64,000 nucleotides of DNA. Source: Lama guanicoe (Eukaryota). A program made the translations under genes and the position numbers. The notes below the pieces were generated by a model. That model had not been told where the DNA came from. It saw only the letters and a program-made list of their open reading frames with translations, and ran no database searches. Positions within the stretch are counted from its first letter, which is position 1. Each line of letters opens with the position of its first letter. Below, piece by piece: positions 1-13,081 of the stretch. The DNA lies in NCBI GenBank assembly GCA_013239625.1, contig MU053652.1, positions 8,083,027 to 8,147,026 of the forward strand. Reading direction: 5' to 3'.

Positions 1-139
1 AACATTGGGTCCTATGACTTTAAATATTCCTTTTTGTTAAACTCTCATTTGTTTGGTTTTGCTATCTTATTCTTTAGTCTGTAATTTGGCTAATATTTAT
101 TTGTTGATGCTAAACTTCTGAAACTCATTTTTTTTCCTT

Positions 140-925
140 TAAAAACATTCTTCAGTATGAATTTTCACTTGCCGTGTTGCTAAAGCCAGAACCCTAGGAG
201 CCATTCTTTCATTTGGTCCTTTCCTTTACCTCTCACGTCCGATCTAGTAGTAGAGCTCTTCAGTTTCATTTTCAGATTTTACAATGCATTGGCCCTCTTC
301 CACTCCCAGCAGGCTTGTTCAAGCCAGTATCACTCTTGCTCAGACTACTGCAATCCTCTCCTAACCATTTCTTTGCTCTGCTCTTTCTCTGCTGCATCCC
401 ATCCCTCCACCAGTATCAACTGGAGTCGTCTTTTCAAAGTGTTGATCAGATCTCCTCACAGTTTAAACGTATTTAAACATTCCCATGGAACCATCTTTTC
501 AACTCAGTCCCTGCCACCTGTTATTCACGCTTCTAACTCCAGTCATAACTCTGGGCAGGCACTTTCCCTCCTCATACTTTCGTGCCTACTGCTCCCTCTG
601 CCTGGATGCTCTAGCTAGTTTCTGTGTGACTCGATCCTTCTCTTCCTTCCTGTCTCAGAACAAATGTCTTCTTCTCAAAAAGGTCTTCTTGCATCCTTTA
701 CTAGGTACCCATCTGTCATAGTGCAGTGTTCATTCCCTTTGGAGAACAATCACATTTGGTCATTTTATTTATTCATTTGTTTACTTATTTACTATGTGTC
801 CAACCACTAGAATGCAGCTCTTTGGTGACTGAGACAGTCAATCTGCTTTACTTACAGACCCTAGCATCTACTGCAGCTTCTCATACAAAGTACATAATCC
901 ACATGCATTTGTTTAACAAATGATT
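140..925 (+). mobile_element. Degraded L2 LINE 3' region
   Basis: Pyrimidine-rich L2-type phrases (ccactagaatgcagctc, tgtttaacaaatga end). Recall-based; boundaries approximate. Confidence 0.55.
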
Positions 926-3250
926 ATTCCAGTTTTTCTGCTGTTTATCCAGTTTTCAAAAGTGATCATCTGCTTCATCTCCCATACTGAAGTTCCTTCT
1001 CTGCTTTAGCTATGTTGTCTCTCCCCACCCCCATTTTGTCTTGGCTATTTCGTTTCAGTTAATTTGTCATTTTACGTTGGATGAGACAAATTCAAAATAT
1101 AATATTGACATTTCTGATATATTTTTACCCTTTTCAACTTGTTTCTTATTTTTAATTTTATCTCCCTATTTCCAAATTCTATTTAGGTACTCATTTTTTA
1201 AAATAATTATTGTTTTATTACCATTTTACTCATATATTCTTATTACATGTATGTTAATAAATATTCATTTTAGTCTCATAAACGTTCAATCTCCTTAAAC
1301 AAACTTCCTGCCTTTCATCACTTCTTTTCTTGCTTGCTTTTGAATGGGGAGCAGCAGCGTCTGGTACTGGGAAATCCAGCTCGATATGCCCCCATCGACA
1401 TTGATAGTGTTCAATTCTCCCAGAGGTTCTGCTTTTCAATAGGGATATTTATATTTAACCTCAGTATTAAACTTAATTCAAACCTGGATGGGAGTGTTGG
1501 AATATCCCCCATTTTCACACATTAGGTAAGTCAAATATGTGGAAGCCGATAGGCACTCTGATAAAACTGGGTAATAGCTTTTATCTGAGTTCAGCCCAAT
1601 TTAGAATGAGATTCTAAAAACCACCATATCAAAAACACTCAATTATCTGGCTAGACATGTTTTAGAAGTATCCATAACCTAGCGAAAGAAGAAGACAGGA
1701 AAGAAAAACCAAGTTGTTTTGAACAGGCCTGATATGAAGGGAGGCACAAGAGTTGGGTAATATCTGAATGATTAGAATTTTAATATGTCAGTTTGTTCTA
1801 AGAATTAACTTGAGCAAAATGATTTTCTTTGTTGCCAAACTGGGAGAGGAAAGAACACTCCTTGAGTAGAGATTACTTTCACCTCTTCTCCCCAACCGTA
1901 ACAGCTAAGGGGAAACTGACCAAGGCAGTCCGTGTCCCCTCTAGATTTTCAGGAGTGAGCCCATTCTGTCCCCAAAACTGAGATGCTTTCTTCTTTTTCA
2001 GTCATTTGGTCTCATGCCTCCTTCAGGTGAAAGTTCCCTCAGCAGAGCTCAAGAGCCTTATGTTCTAGGCAAATATCCTAACTGCATAAATTTGGTAAGA
2101 TCCAGCCCTTCACAAAAGAGTCTGTGTCATTAAGAAGCAGTACAGGAGGTCCTAACTCTTCCAGTTAATTAACTGGAGAAAAAAAGACTTCCCTTATTAG
2201 ATAGGCTGGAGGTCCTGCAGATTAAATTGTGTAACACGCAAACTCCAGATTTTAGCTCTACGTTACCTGGCCTGCTAACTTCATTCGCAGAAGAACTTCC
2301 CAACATCTGTCTCCTTCCTGAGAGGATTCCAACAAGGACCCCTCGGGGAACTCTCACCCAACTGAGAATACAGGGCATTTGGTGCCCTGTTACTCTCGTT
2401 AGGATATTCCCAAATCCCCTTCTGATATCACAGATGCCAGTGTTGATTTCCCTTTGCAGCTAATTCTACCGTCACCAGCCACAGGACACCACTGTTGATC
2501 CCACTCCACACAGAGCCCTGCATCTCTGCAAAGGGACTGGCTCAGACACGCACATTTTCCCACCACAGAGGACTCATTAGCTATGCAGTAACTTGGCCAG
2601 GGTCAGTTAGGTCTTTTTAGCCATGGTGTCTTTAGTAAATGTGGTAGGGCAGAAGCCTGAACCCAAAGTTACAACCAGTGACAACACATGCATCTTTTAT
2701 AATCACATGACTCCACATTCTAGAACACACTCCACTATGACGAAAATTCTTAGAATCTGGAGAGGCAGGGAATGAAGACTGTGACCTCATAAACTTCCAT
2801 TCATCTAAGTTCCAGTGACTATTTCAGCATTATCTGGTTTGAAAAACAAGGATATTTCCTCCCAGGCCTAAAGTAATTTCCTGAATCTAATCTAGGGTTT
2901 CTAAATATATATGTCACCTTTGTAGGAGCAAATGGGTGCATTAGATGGTTTGCTTCAAATCAATAGTTTCTTTGTATTTATGTCTGTGTGCACATCCAAG
3001 CACAGGTGTCTGTGTGTCTTTAAAATGCCATTAATACATGCATATTTGTTACTGTTACATTTCCTTTGTCCTGAATTGTAATTGTGGAAGATTTCAATAC
3101 TAGAAGTTGGAAATTATGATGGAAGTTATGGTAAAGCCTAATTCTTAGGCAATCTCAGCTGGAAAGATTATATCCCCATGGCTCATGTTTCCAGGGGCAG
3201 CTATCCTAAGAGAAGAGAGGAGCATTTAATCAAACTCATGCAACACTCAG

Positions 3251-3712
3251 TGTTACTTTGTAGGGTTGCTGTAACAAAATACCACCAATTGAGTGGCTGA
3301 AACAGCAGAAATAGTATTAGCTCACCCATCTGGAGGCTAGAAGTCCAAGATCAAGGAGGCAGCAGTGTTGGCTTCTTCCAAGGGCTAAAGAGAGAATCCA
3401 TTCCATGCCTCTCCCCTAACTTCTAGTGGTTTTCTGGAAATCTTTGGTGTTTTTTTTTTGCTTGTGGAAACATCATCCCAATCTTTGTGGACTTCATCTT
3501 TGCTTGACATTCTCCCTGTGTGCATTTCTTTGTGTCCAAATTTCCCCTTTTAATAAGGACACCAGTCATATTGGACAAGGTCCCACTCCAATGACCTCAT
3601 CTTAACTGATTACATCTTCAATGACCCTATTTCCATATGTGGCCACATTCTGATGTAGTGGGGGTTAGGACTTCAACATAGGAATTTTGAGGGGGCACAA
3701 TTCAACCCATCA
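3251..3712 (-). mobile_element. MaLR LTR (MLT1A-C-like)
   Basis: Typical ends (gggttgctgtaacaaaatacc ... gggggcacaattcaacccat) and internal ctggaggctagaagtccaagatcaagg. Confidence 0.8.
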
Positions 3713-4709
3713 CCCTCAATCACAGGTTTTGCGTATCTTCAACTAACTATTGTAAAATAATCCCTGAAGTGATTATACCAATTCACTCTCACCAGCAGTT
3801 TATGAGTATTCCTGTTGCTCCACCTTCTTGCTAACACTTGGAACAGTCGGTCCCTAATTTTTGTCCATAAGATGGCAGTAAAATTATAGTTAATTTGCAT
3901 TTCCTTGTTTAATAGGAGGGGGTGTTGAGTTCTTTTCATGTTTATTTACTGTCTCTGTTTCCATTTCTGTCAATTATCTATTCATTTCTTTTGACTATTT
4001 TTGTGCTGTACTCACTGGAAATATATTAACTGCGTGCCCATTATGTACCAGGTACTCTTTGAGGCACTTGAGATATGGTAAGAAAACATTTCCATCCATA
4101 TATGGCTTATATTCTAGAAAGGATGATACACAAAAACAATATAAGTAAGATAATTAGATAGTATATTAGAAGGTAATAAGGGCTATGAAGAAAATTGAAG
4201 CAGAGGAGAGGGTAAGGTGTATTTTCATGGTGATTTGCAGTTTTAAATCTCGTGACCAGGGCGGCCCACATTGAGAAGGTAGTATTGCACAAAGATTTGA
4301 AAAAGGTGGGGGAGAGAGCCATATGCCCACCTGGTGGAAGGTTTTCCAAGAAAAGGGTTAAAAGAGCAGCAACCTGAGTAGGGAGAGGGAACAGGATATT
4401 AGGTCTGCTCTGAGAGGTGAGGGGCAGAGGGGGCAGCTTTATAGGACACTGTACACAGATGGAAGGACTTGGGCTTTTACACCTCGAGTGAAAAATCACA
4501 AAAGAACTTTGAGCAAAGTATTTTCTAATAGGATTATTATAGCTACTGGGTTGAGAAAATTAATAGCAAGATAAAAATTAATAACAAAATCCCTTGTGTG
4601 GTGCTGTGTTCCATGCACTGAGCTGGGCACTAGATATATATTAACTCATTTACAATATTCCAGAGAGAGAGACAAGAATGGAAGCAGGAAGATCTGTTCT
4701 GGTTATTAG

Positions 4710-4741
<32 letters not shown>

Positions 4742-5499
4742 ACTGATTTATGGAAGTTCCTTATATATTCTAGGCACCACTTATCTTTTGGTGACTATAT
4801 GCAGTTGCAAATATCTTCTCCCATTCTGTGGGTTATTTTACTATTAAGTTATGCCTTTTCCTATTCATATATATATTCTCAGTTTGTTGTGCTCTTTTCC
4901 CATTGACTTTTTAAGGAAATGCCCTTTTTAACTCCAGTCACCCTGCAATTTTTGGTTATATCCTCTTGCCTGCTACCACTGCACTTGGCACAAACCTCTT
5001 TTGGAACACTTACCAAATTACCTATTCATGTACGTCTTCGTCATTGGTTCTGTGAAATTCCGGGTTGCAAGTTCCTGTCTTACAAATTATGTCCCAGAAA
5101 CTAAAACTAATACATAATGGGTGTTCAGGAAATTGTTTTAAAGCTTAAGTGGAAAAAAGCGGTGTGTTCTGGCATCGCTTCTCCTGGGAAAATGAGATAA
5201 TGGATGATGTGCTTCAGTGAGTGAGATGAAATACTGAACACCGAACTAACCTTTGCTCCTCAGAGATCACTCAGATGAAAGCTCCACGACCACCCTCATT
5301 TTACTGCAGACTACGCTGTGGCAGGGAGGAATTCGCCAAAGGTTAAGCCGGATGCAGGTTCCTAGAGCGACTATATCGGAGCTTTTTTGTAATTTGGAGT
5401 GTTCCCTTCAACCTTTGGGCAAGTCGTTGGCGTGAGAGGGACAAGAACTGAGATCTAAGACCGTCAGAGAATCCTTTCCCCAAGCGCCGGGTTCAGACA

Positions 5500-5900
5500 C
5501 TTGTGCACTCACTACGCATGCGTCAACTTTCCCGCTAGGAATGGGCGGGGCAGAGCCTTGGCCCGCGTGGCGAGCCTCAGGAGGCGGGGCCAAACTGTTT
5601 CCAAGGTGACGGAGAGGCGGCCTCGGCGGTGGATTGAGCGGGTCTGATCGAGGTTCCCAGAGGGCTGCACGCCGCGGCTGCTCGGTGCTGTCATGGCGGG
5701 CGTGCTGAAGAAGGTGAGCCAGTGGAGGTCACTGACGGAACTTTTGAGACCGTGGGGATGGAGTCAGCGGGTGGGGGGCGCGGGCTTGGCGGTGCTTTTG
5801 CGGGACTCATTTTGCTCTGCCCTTAGAGGTAACCAGTTTAGTGGCTCCAATCGGAGAGGCTGGAAAAAAGCTCCGAACGAGAGGCGTTGAGAGACCGGTA
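5500..5900 (+). promoter_or_regulatory. NDUFA5: CpG-island promoter of NDUFA5
   Basis: GC/CpG-rich stretch around the ATG. It contains the NRF1-like palindrome ACGCATGCGT (5514-5523), E2F consensus TTTCCCGC (5528-5535), GC boxes (5543-5550, 5581-5590) and X-box-like GTTTCCAAGGTGAC (5597-5610). Confidence 0.85.
5693..5713 (+). CDS. NDUFA5: NDUFA5 coding exon 1 (MAGVLKK)
   Basis: gtcATGG start in good Kozak context; donor AAG|GTGAGC; matches the recalled NDUFA5 N-terminus. Confidence 0.97.
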
Positions 5901-6010
5901 GCTGGTTTTCGGCCCAGTTTTTGCCAGGACAGTGGTGATTTTGCTTTTCCTTAGTGTGGCGACGCGTGGAATTATAGTAAACAGTGTGAATCGTGTTTTG
6001 TTTTGAACAG

Positions 6011-6055
6011 ACCACTGGCCTTATGGGATTGGCTGTATGTGAGAGTCCACACGAG
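6011..6055 (+). CDS. NDUFA5: NDUFA5 exon 2 (TTGLMGLAVCESPHE)
   Basis: Acceptor ttttgaacag|, donor GAG|GTATGT, 45 nt, phase 0. Confidence 0.97.
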
Positions 6056-6499
6056 GTATGTACCTCTTTTTTTTTTTTTTATTCCTGAGTTCCCCAGGAA
6101 AGCTAGAACCTTCAGACCTTGTTTCTTGAGAGGTTAACGGGATACGGATAGTTTAAGCCCAAAATTACAACTCAGCGTGAGCTCTTGAGACAGGAGCGGT
6201 ATTTAGTCCTTCGTTTATCCGATGCTACTTTTTTTTTTCCCCCCTCTATGGTCTCTTTTTCAAACCACTTTTCTTGATTTTTTCCGTGGCATTTTCGTGG
6301 CGTCACATGTAGTTTTGTGAGTGCCCTCCCAAATCTGTATCTTCATTTTCCACCCTTTCCTCCCACCTCACCTTTTCTTAGGTGCTCTAGATTCTATACA
6401 CTATACACTTCCCATTACCGAAGATACCACTTTAGCGGTTGCTCCCTTTTGTAATCAGTTTTCGCTTCTGGTAGATCTTTCCTGTCAGTATTCAGGCAT

Positions 6500-7700
6500 G
6501 CTTCCATCTAAAAAACAAAGCAAACAAAACTTCCCTTGATCCTTCTCCCTCCAATAGTCACGCTATTTCCGTGCTTCCCTTTACAGGTAACTTCAAAGTT
6601 ATCGATACTTTACCATTCCCTTTTTCTGCTATTCCACTTTGAAGGCTCTCCAATCAGGCTTGGCCAGAACTGCTCTTTTCAAGGTCACCATGCTGCTAAA
6701 TCCAATTGTCATCTCACGTTTCTCATCTTAATTGACTCAACAGCAACATTTGACTCATTTGGCACTATATCCATCAAGCACTTTAATTCCTGTACTTCAG
6801 GAGTTTTCAGTCCCCTGGTGTTTTTTTCCTACTTTTTTTTTTTTGCCGCATCTTTTTTCTGCCTTATCACTCATATTCCTGCTTCTAAATGTTGGAGTTC
6901 TAAGACTTTATTCTTGGGTCTTTTCTCTACTTATACATGCCCTCTCTTGGTGTCTGGACCCAATCTAATGGTTTTAAATACCACCTATTCACTGATAACT
7001 CTTGGGTTTCCTTATCAAGCACTGACCTCTCCCTTTATGAAAGTCTTGCATATTTAATTGCTAGTGGACATCTCCACTTGGATGTCAGCAACCCAAACTT
7101 AATATCCAAGTTTGAATTCTTGATCTTCTCCCTAAAATCTGCTCTTTGCTCAGGCTTGCTCATCTCAGTTCCATTCTTCTATTCACTCACGTCACAGACC
7201 TTGATATCTTTTATTCCTTTCTATTTCTCATACCCCACATTTAATACTTCAGTAAGTTGTCTGGGTTCTACCTTCAAATTATATCTAGATTTTTATTGCC
7301 TCCCACCATCTCCTCTGCTACTACCCTATTCTCCTCCACCATCATCACTGCTGTGGATAATTGCTTTCACTTCCTAACTGCCTCTCTGTGCTTGTCACTG
7401 CCTCAGTTTGATCGTTTTTCAACCAAATTAGAGTCAGCCTGTGAAAATGTGAGTCAAGTCATGTGAGTCCTTTCCTCAAAATTCCCCAGTGGTTTTCCAT
7501 TTCATTCTGAATAAGAGTCCTTACAGTGGCTCTCCAGATTCAACAGACTGTATTCTACTGATTTATCTAGTTTGTTGTCTCTCTCTACTAGAATGTAGGT
7601 TTCCATCGAGACAGGGTTGTTTTAGTCTTTTGTTCACTGCTAGAACTATGATTAGCACGTGGTGTGTGCTCAGTAACTAATGTTTGCTGTGTTAATGTCT
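6500..7700 (+). mobile_element. L2 LINE in NDUFA5 intron 2
   Basis: L2 hallmarks: cagcaacatttgac, gacatctccacttggatgtc, ctagaatgtaggtttccat, tgtgctcagtaa. Confidence 0.75.
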
Positions 7701-8242
7701 TGTATTCATTATGAGTTCATAATGACTCTAGACTCAGTGTCTAAAACTGAACTCCTGATTTCCCCTTTCTAAATCTGTTTCTTCCTCTGTAGACTATTTT
7801 TATTGATGTGTCACAGTCTTTCTACTCCCCAGGCTGGGAATTTGGACGTTATAGTTGATAATTCTCTTACCCTTGTAACTTCATGTTCATTTCAGTGATG
7901 AGTTTTGTCGATCCTTTTCTATAACAGCTCTCCATTCTGACCTCTCTTTCTTTTTCCTACTCTTAGTACCACAGTTTAGTCCCTTGCTCTTGTTCATAGA
8001 ATTGCAGCAAACTTGTTACTGACCTTCTTCTCTGTTTTTCCTTCATCCAATTCATTTAATTCACTTCTGCCAGGTTAATTTTTCTGAAGCATGCATCTAA
8101 TCACAATTTTTCTGTATCTTTTAACTGTCCACAGAATAAAGCCCAGATGCTTTAACCTGACATGTGAAACCACTTACAACCTGACTCCTCTTTTCTCCAA
8201 CCTGATCTCCTAAGTGTTTCCTGTGTGTCCTGCATTATAGCC

Positions 8243-8537
8243 ATGTGCTGTCCAATAAAAATATAATGCGAGTCATAAATGTAAACCATGTTTGTAGTTT
8301 AAAGTTTTCTAGGAATCACTTTTTTAATAAAGAAAAAGTTAATTTACTGAACATATCCAAAATATTACCATTTCAATATATAAATCAATATAAAAATTAA
8401 CGATATTTTAGTCTTTTTTCATGCTAAATGTTCAAAATTCATTGTGTATCTACACGTAACAGTGCATCTCTGTTCAGACTGGTCACATTTCAAGTGCTCA
8501 GTGGTCAGATTTGGCTAGTGGCTACTATATTGAACAC
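8243..8537. mobile_element. hAT-Charlie MITE (MER3/MER33-like)
   Basis: gtgctgtccaata ... cacatttcaagtgctcagt ... ggctactatattgaaca, with terminal inverted similarity. Confidence 0.75.
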
Positions 8538-8915
8538 AGTTCAAGGAAAGTAGAACTGTGTACTAATTCCTTGATAGTTCCTTTATTTTTTGCCATTTAA
8601 TTCTTTATATGTATTAATTGTATAAAATTACCTTTTCCAATGTCTTTAAGTGTCCAAATCCTACCATGCCTCCAGGTCATTCTGAGATGCTGCTTCTTCT
8701 ATGGAACCTTCTCTGATATCTGCTTCCCCAAAAAAATAATAATGCTAACATTGAAACTTAACGTTTGCTAGATACTGTTCTAAGTTATACAACATCCTAT
8801 GAAGCAGATATTATTAACATCCCCATTTCAGAACCCAGATCTCTTCCTAGGCTTTTCTAGTGTCATGTGTCATACCCTTTGCTAAAATTAAGAAGAAATG
8901 GGGCTAACCCCCCCT

Positions 8916-8938
8916 ACACACACACACACACACACACA
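8916..8938. repeat. (AC)n microsatellite
   Basis: Directly visible, about 11 units. Confidence 0.95.
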
Positions 8939-9336
8939 ACTCAGATTGTATGTTATCTGACAAGTTCTACATTAGTATAATAAAATACAGTCTGTTATGG
9001 AGCATCGTATTCAAATATGTAAACAATGTCTAAATATACAAATTACTTTTTAAGAAAAAAAGATTCTTAGAGGCCCTCAAGGTTGATTTTGTTTATTCAT
9101 ATGTATGGTGAGTATATATGAATGAAATTAGGTAGTAGCACCTATAATTTTATTGTATAAACTAAATTAAGCTAAAACAAATTTCAAATTAAATACAGAT
9201 TAATATAAAATACAAATTAAATACAATTTAAATATAGATACAAATTAAAAAAAATAATCTGTGAGACTTTTTGAAGTATTCCATTAAATCTTTGGTGATA
9301 TTTTAAGCTGGAAATTTGTATGTTTTGTCTTTTCAG

Positions 9337-9453
9337 AGGCTAAAAATATTGTACGCAAAGATTCTTGATGTTCTTGGACAAATCCCTAAAAATGCAGCAT
9401 ATAGAAGGTACACAGAACAGATTACAAATGAGAAGTTGAGTATGGTTAAAGCG
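9337..9453 (+). CDS. NDUFA5: NDUFA5 exon 3 ([39 protein letters not shown])
   Basis: Acceptor tcttttcag|, donor GCG|GTAAGT, 117 nt, phase 0. Confidence 0.97.
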
Positions 9454-9921
9454 GTAAGTAGCTGACTTGATTTTGTTTTATTGAATTTATGGTATCCAGT
9501 GCAACATTTAACACAAAAATTCAGTTGCTTATTTTTATTCTCATTTCTATTCTCTTTCCTTCCATGCTTTTTCTTTCATCCTTTCTCCCTTTCATTCACC
9601 AAACTCCTGTTTACTGAGTACTTGTAATATGCAAGGCACTACTAAATACAGGAGTGAAAGAATAAGATCAAGTCCTTTCCTTAAGTCAGCATGGTAGCTT
9701 TCTTTTACATCTCTTACCTGTCCAGTCCTTTATTGATTGTTTACTTCTTATCTATAGATACATCAATCTTTATCTCTCTTTTCTAGTTTCAGAGTAGAGA
9801 AGAATGAAAACAGAAGAAAAAAAAATGTGTGTTGTATTTAGCAACTGTCAGAAATAACAAGTGCTTTGTTGCAGAAAGAAGAGGACTAAGTCTCTTAACT
9901 ACCAAAAATTATACTGAGCCT

Positions 9922-10264
9922 TGTTATGGACTGAATGTTTGGGTCCCAACCCCCACATTCCTAAATTGAAGCCCTACCCCCCAGTGTGGAGTAATTAAGG
10001 TTAATGGGGTCGTAAGAGTGGTGCCCTGATCCGATAGGATTAATGTCCTTAAGAAGAGACTCTAGAGTGTTCATGTTCTTTGCCATGTGAGGACACAGCA
10101 AGGTGTCTGTCTGCAAGCCAGGAAGAGAGCTCTCACCAGAAACTGAACCCTGCCACACCTTGATCTTGAACTTTCAGTCTCCAGAACTGTGAGAAAATAA
10201 ATTTTTGTTCTTTGAGCCACCCAGTCTTTGTATTTTGTTATGGCAGCCCAAGTGGACTCATACA
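9922..10264 (+). mobile_element. MaLR LTR (MLT1A-like)
   Basis: TG...CA ends, tgttatggactgaatgttt start, ctccagaactgtgagaaaataaattt, tggcagccc end. Confidence 0.85.
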
Positions 10265-11829
10265 AACATTTTACAACTTCTGAATCAAAGGCCCTAGGCA
10301 GGCACACAGTAGACTGCTGCTAATTCTTTCATACCAAACTATATTGTACCATTGTTAAATCTGCACAGCAGCAGTTATTTTGTGGACTTTTGTAATTATC
10401 CAAAAAAGTGGTCATAAACTCCAAAAGTAACTTATACATGCAATAAGTGGTCCTTATATTTTTTCCTTATTAGATTACCAAACTCTAGTCCAAAGAGAAT
10501 TCTTATACTTTCCTTAAGTGTACGGCAAAACAATGCAGTTTGATTTGGAACTTTTCTTCTTATTCTGACAATTCTGGAGGTAATTTACAGATTACAAGTC
10601 TCTAAAGGGGAGAGACTTTTCTTTAAGGAAAATGGGCTTATGCATTTTTTCCCATCACAGAGTAAGAAATTGCCCTTTTTCTTTTCATGAGGTGAATCTC
10701 TTAAACTCTGTCTTTTATTCTTTCTCTGCTTTCCTTTTCCATAACCTTGTTCCTCTTTAATCATTTCTTCTATTTTTCTTTTTAGCCTCCCATTTTATTT
10801 CATTATCACTTTCAGATAGCCTCAAAATGTATTTAGCTTCTTCTTACCTTAAAAAAGAAGAAGAAAACCTATCTTTATATTTTCCTTTACTTTTGCCCTA
10901 TTTCTCTCTCTTCTCTCATAGTCAGTGTCACCCAAAGAAGAGTTCATTGTCATTACTTTTACTTAGTAGTTATAAATTTTTTTCTATGACCTGGGCTGTT
11001 TTAATTGCCTTATAACTAATTGGTCTGTGTATAGTTCTGTCATATTTCATTATATGCCCCACACTGCCAAGAATTTTCTTTCAATATGTAAATCTAATTG
11101 TGGTAAGTTTCTGCTTAAAAACCTTTCTACCGTTTCCTGTTCACTGTTTCTCAAAGGCTGAATTTAAGGACTTACACTGGGCTGGTTGTGTGAAACTCAC
11201 CCTAGCTACCTTTACTGTGTGGTTTTGATGTACAGCCAGGCTTGGGCACCACTGGCTTATAGTATTCTTATCCTAGTATGGAAGCCTCCCAAAATCTGGC
11301 TCTAAATTTTCTTCTCAATATTATCTTGTCATTTCCTGTTTTGTACACTTTACTTTAGTAATACCAGACTGCTGACAGTTATGTGAATTCCATGCAATTT
11401 TATTTTTGGTTCCTTTGTATTTTCTCTTCTCTCTCTCTGGAATACCCTTATCTTGTCTGTCTGGCAGTTCTTAGTCTTTAAAACTCATCACTTCCTCTGT
11501 GAAGCCTTTTATATCTCCTCTACTAGTCCATAAACTACTTGTGAATTGCATCCATCTTTATATCCCAAGAATCCGGCTTAGTACCTGGCACTTAATAAGG
11601 TCCTTGGAAATGTTTGTTTATCCAAAAGGCTAAATATTAATAGTTTTTAAGAACACCAAGCACTATATAATAGCTGTATTGCTCTATCCTGTTTTTGGTA
11701 AAATTGTCACAAATTTTTAATCCCCCATAGAGGCATAGAGTCTTCAATGAATATTATAATGATTATAAAATATCTATTTACTAAGCCTAAAATGGAAGTA
11801 AAAATAAATATTTGTTCAGATTATACTAG

Positions 11830-12070
11830 GGAGATAGTAATAGCATATTGGTGAAAAGCATTGGTCTGTGGTCTAAAATTTTCATCTCAGCTCTAATACT
11901 TATTTGCTCATTTGGCATATTGCCTATTTTCACTGTCTCAATGTCCTCATCTTTAACTTGGGTATAATAATTCCTGCCTTGAACACTTTAATTATTAGGA
12001 CTGAATGGGTAATACATGCACAGTGCTAACCACAGTTGCAAGCATGTAGTGAGCACTCAGTACATGGTGC
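11830..12070 (+). mobile_element. MIR SINE
   Basis: Core-like ctgtctcaatgtcctcatcttta ... taataattcctgcct ... gagcactcag. Confidence 0.6.
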
Positions 12071-12629
12071 CTTATCATGCCATTGGTAAATAACAGTCAC
12101 ATTATTGACTCACCTTAAGTAAGACAAATTTTGAATTATTTTCCCAACATGGGTTTTTTCCTGAGGTTGAAAAGCATGTTGAATATTCCTTGCTTTCTTA
12201 ACCTTCTCCCCTTCTCCCTCGTGGGTCTCTCATAACAATGACCAGCTTCCCTGTTTTGTTATTGATGTTTGGCTTCAAAACTCAGTCACTTTTGAGTTAA
12301 ACAGTCTTTCTCGAACATGTTCATCTGCTTTTTTTTTTCCCCTTTCTTTTCCAGCTACTTTATATTTGTTTAAGAAATGCGTATTGAGTGCCTGTCACAT
12401 GCCATGTATAGTTCTGGGCATGGAAGCTAGTGCTTACAAGGCAATGAACAAAATGTAAAAATACCTGCTTTGGAGATTACACATTAATGATGAGAGGCAA
12501 ATAAATAAATAAATAAAATAAGTAAGTGAATAAATAAGTACATTCCATAGTATGTTAGAAGATAGTAAATGCAGTGAGGGAAGTTAAGGAAGAACGACGT
12601 GTCCGAGGGTGATGAGGGATGCTACAGAA

Positions 12630-13081
12630 TGAGTTTCCTGTGGCTGCTGGAACAGTTTACCACAGTGCTGGTGACTTAAAACATTCACAATTTATTCTCT
12701 TACATTTCTGGAAGCCAGAGTCCAAAATCAGAATCAGGGCCCCAAATCAGGGTGTCGGCAGGCCTGCACTCCCTTTGGAGGCTCTAGGATAGAATTCCTT
12801 CCTTGCCTCTCCCAGCTCTGGTGGCTTGTGGCCAAATCACAATCAGTCTCTGCCTCTGTGGTCACATTACTTTCCCCTCTTCTGTGTGTAGTCTCCCTCT
12901 GCCTCTATCTTAATGAGGATACCTATAATTGTATTAAGGGCCCACTCAGATAATCTAGGATAATCTCACCATCCCAGGATCCTTGATCACATTTGCAAAG
13001 TGTTTGCCATGTAAGGTGGCATTCACAGGTCCCAGGAATTAGTTCATGTATATTTTGTGGGGCATTATTCAGCCTACAACA
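12630..13081 (-). mobile_element. MaLR LTR (MLT1C-like)
   Basis: tttcctgtggctgctggaaca ... gggcccactcagataatctaggataatctc ... ttattcagcctacaaca. Confidence 0.8.

Noticed and set aside
1254..1525. CpG-containing patch with overlapping short ORFs, possible pseudogene fragment
   Set aside because: No translation I checked resembles a protein I recognise; no splice or poly-A/TSD support.
4322..4338. CTCF-like CCACCAGGTGGGCA on the minus strand
   Set aside because: An extra G breaks the core spacing, and it lies in degraded repeat-like sequence.
5693..5890. 65-aa ORF from the NDUFA5 ATG
   Set aside because: Simple read-through into intron 1 past a consensus donor at 5714.
6536..7377. 173-aa and 146-aa + strand ORFs
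   Set aside because: They fall within a pyrimidine-rich L2 relic; the L/F/S-rich composition is typical of chance ORFs.
9404..9413. Cryptic donor AAG|GTACAC created by the K46R codon
   Set aside because: Poor +4 to +6 match and outcompeted by the consensus GTAAGT 46 nt downstream.
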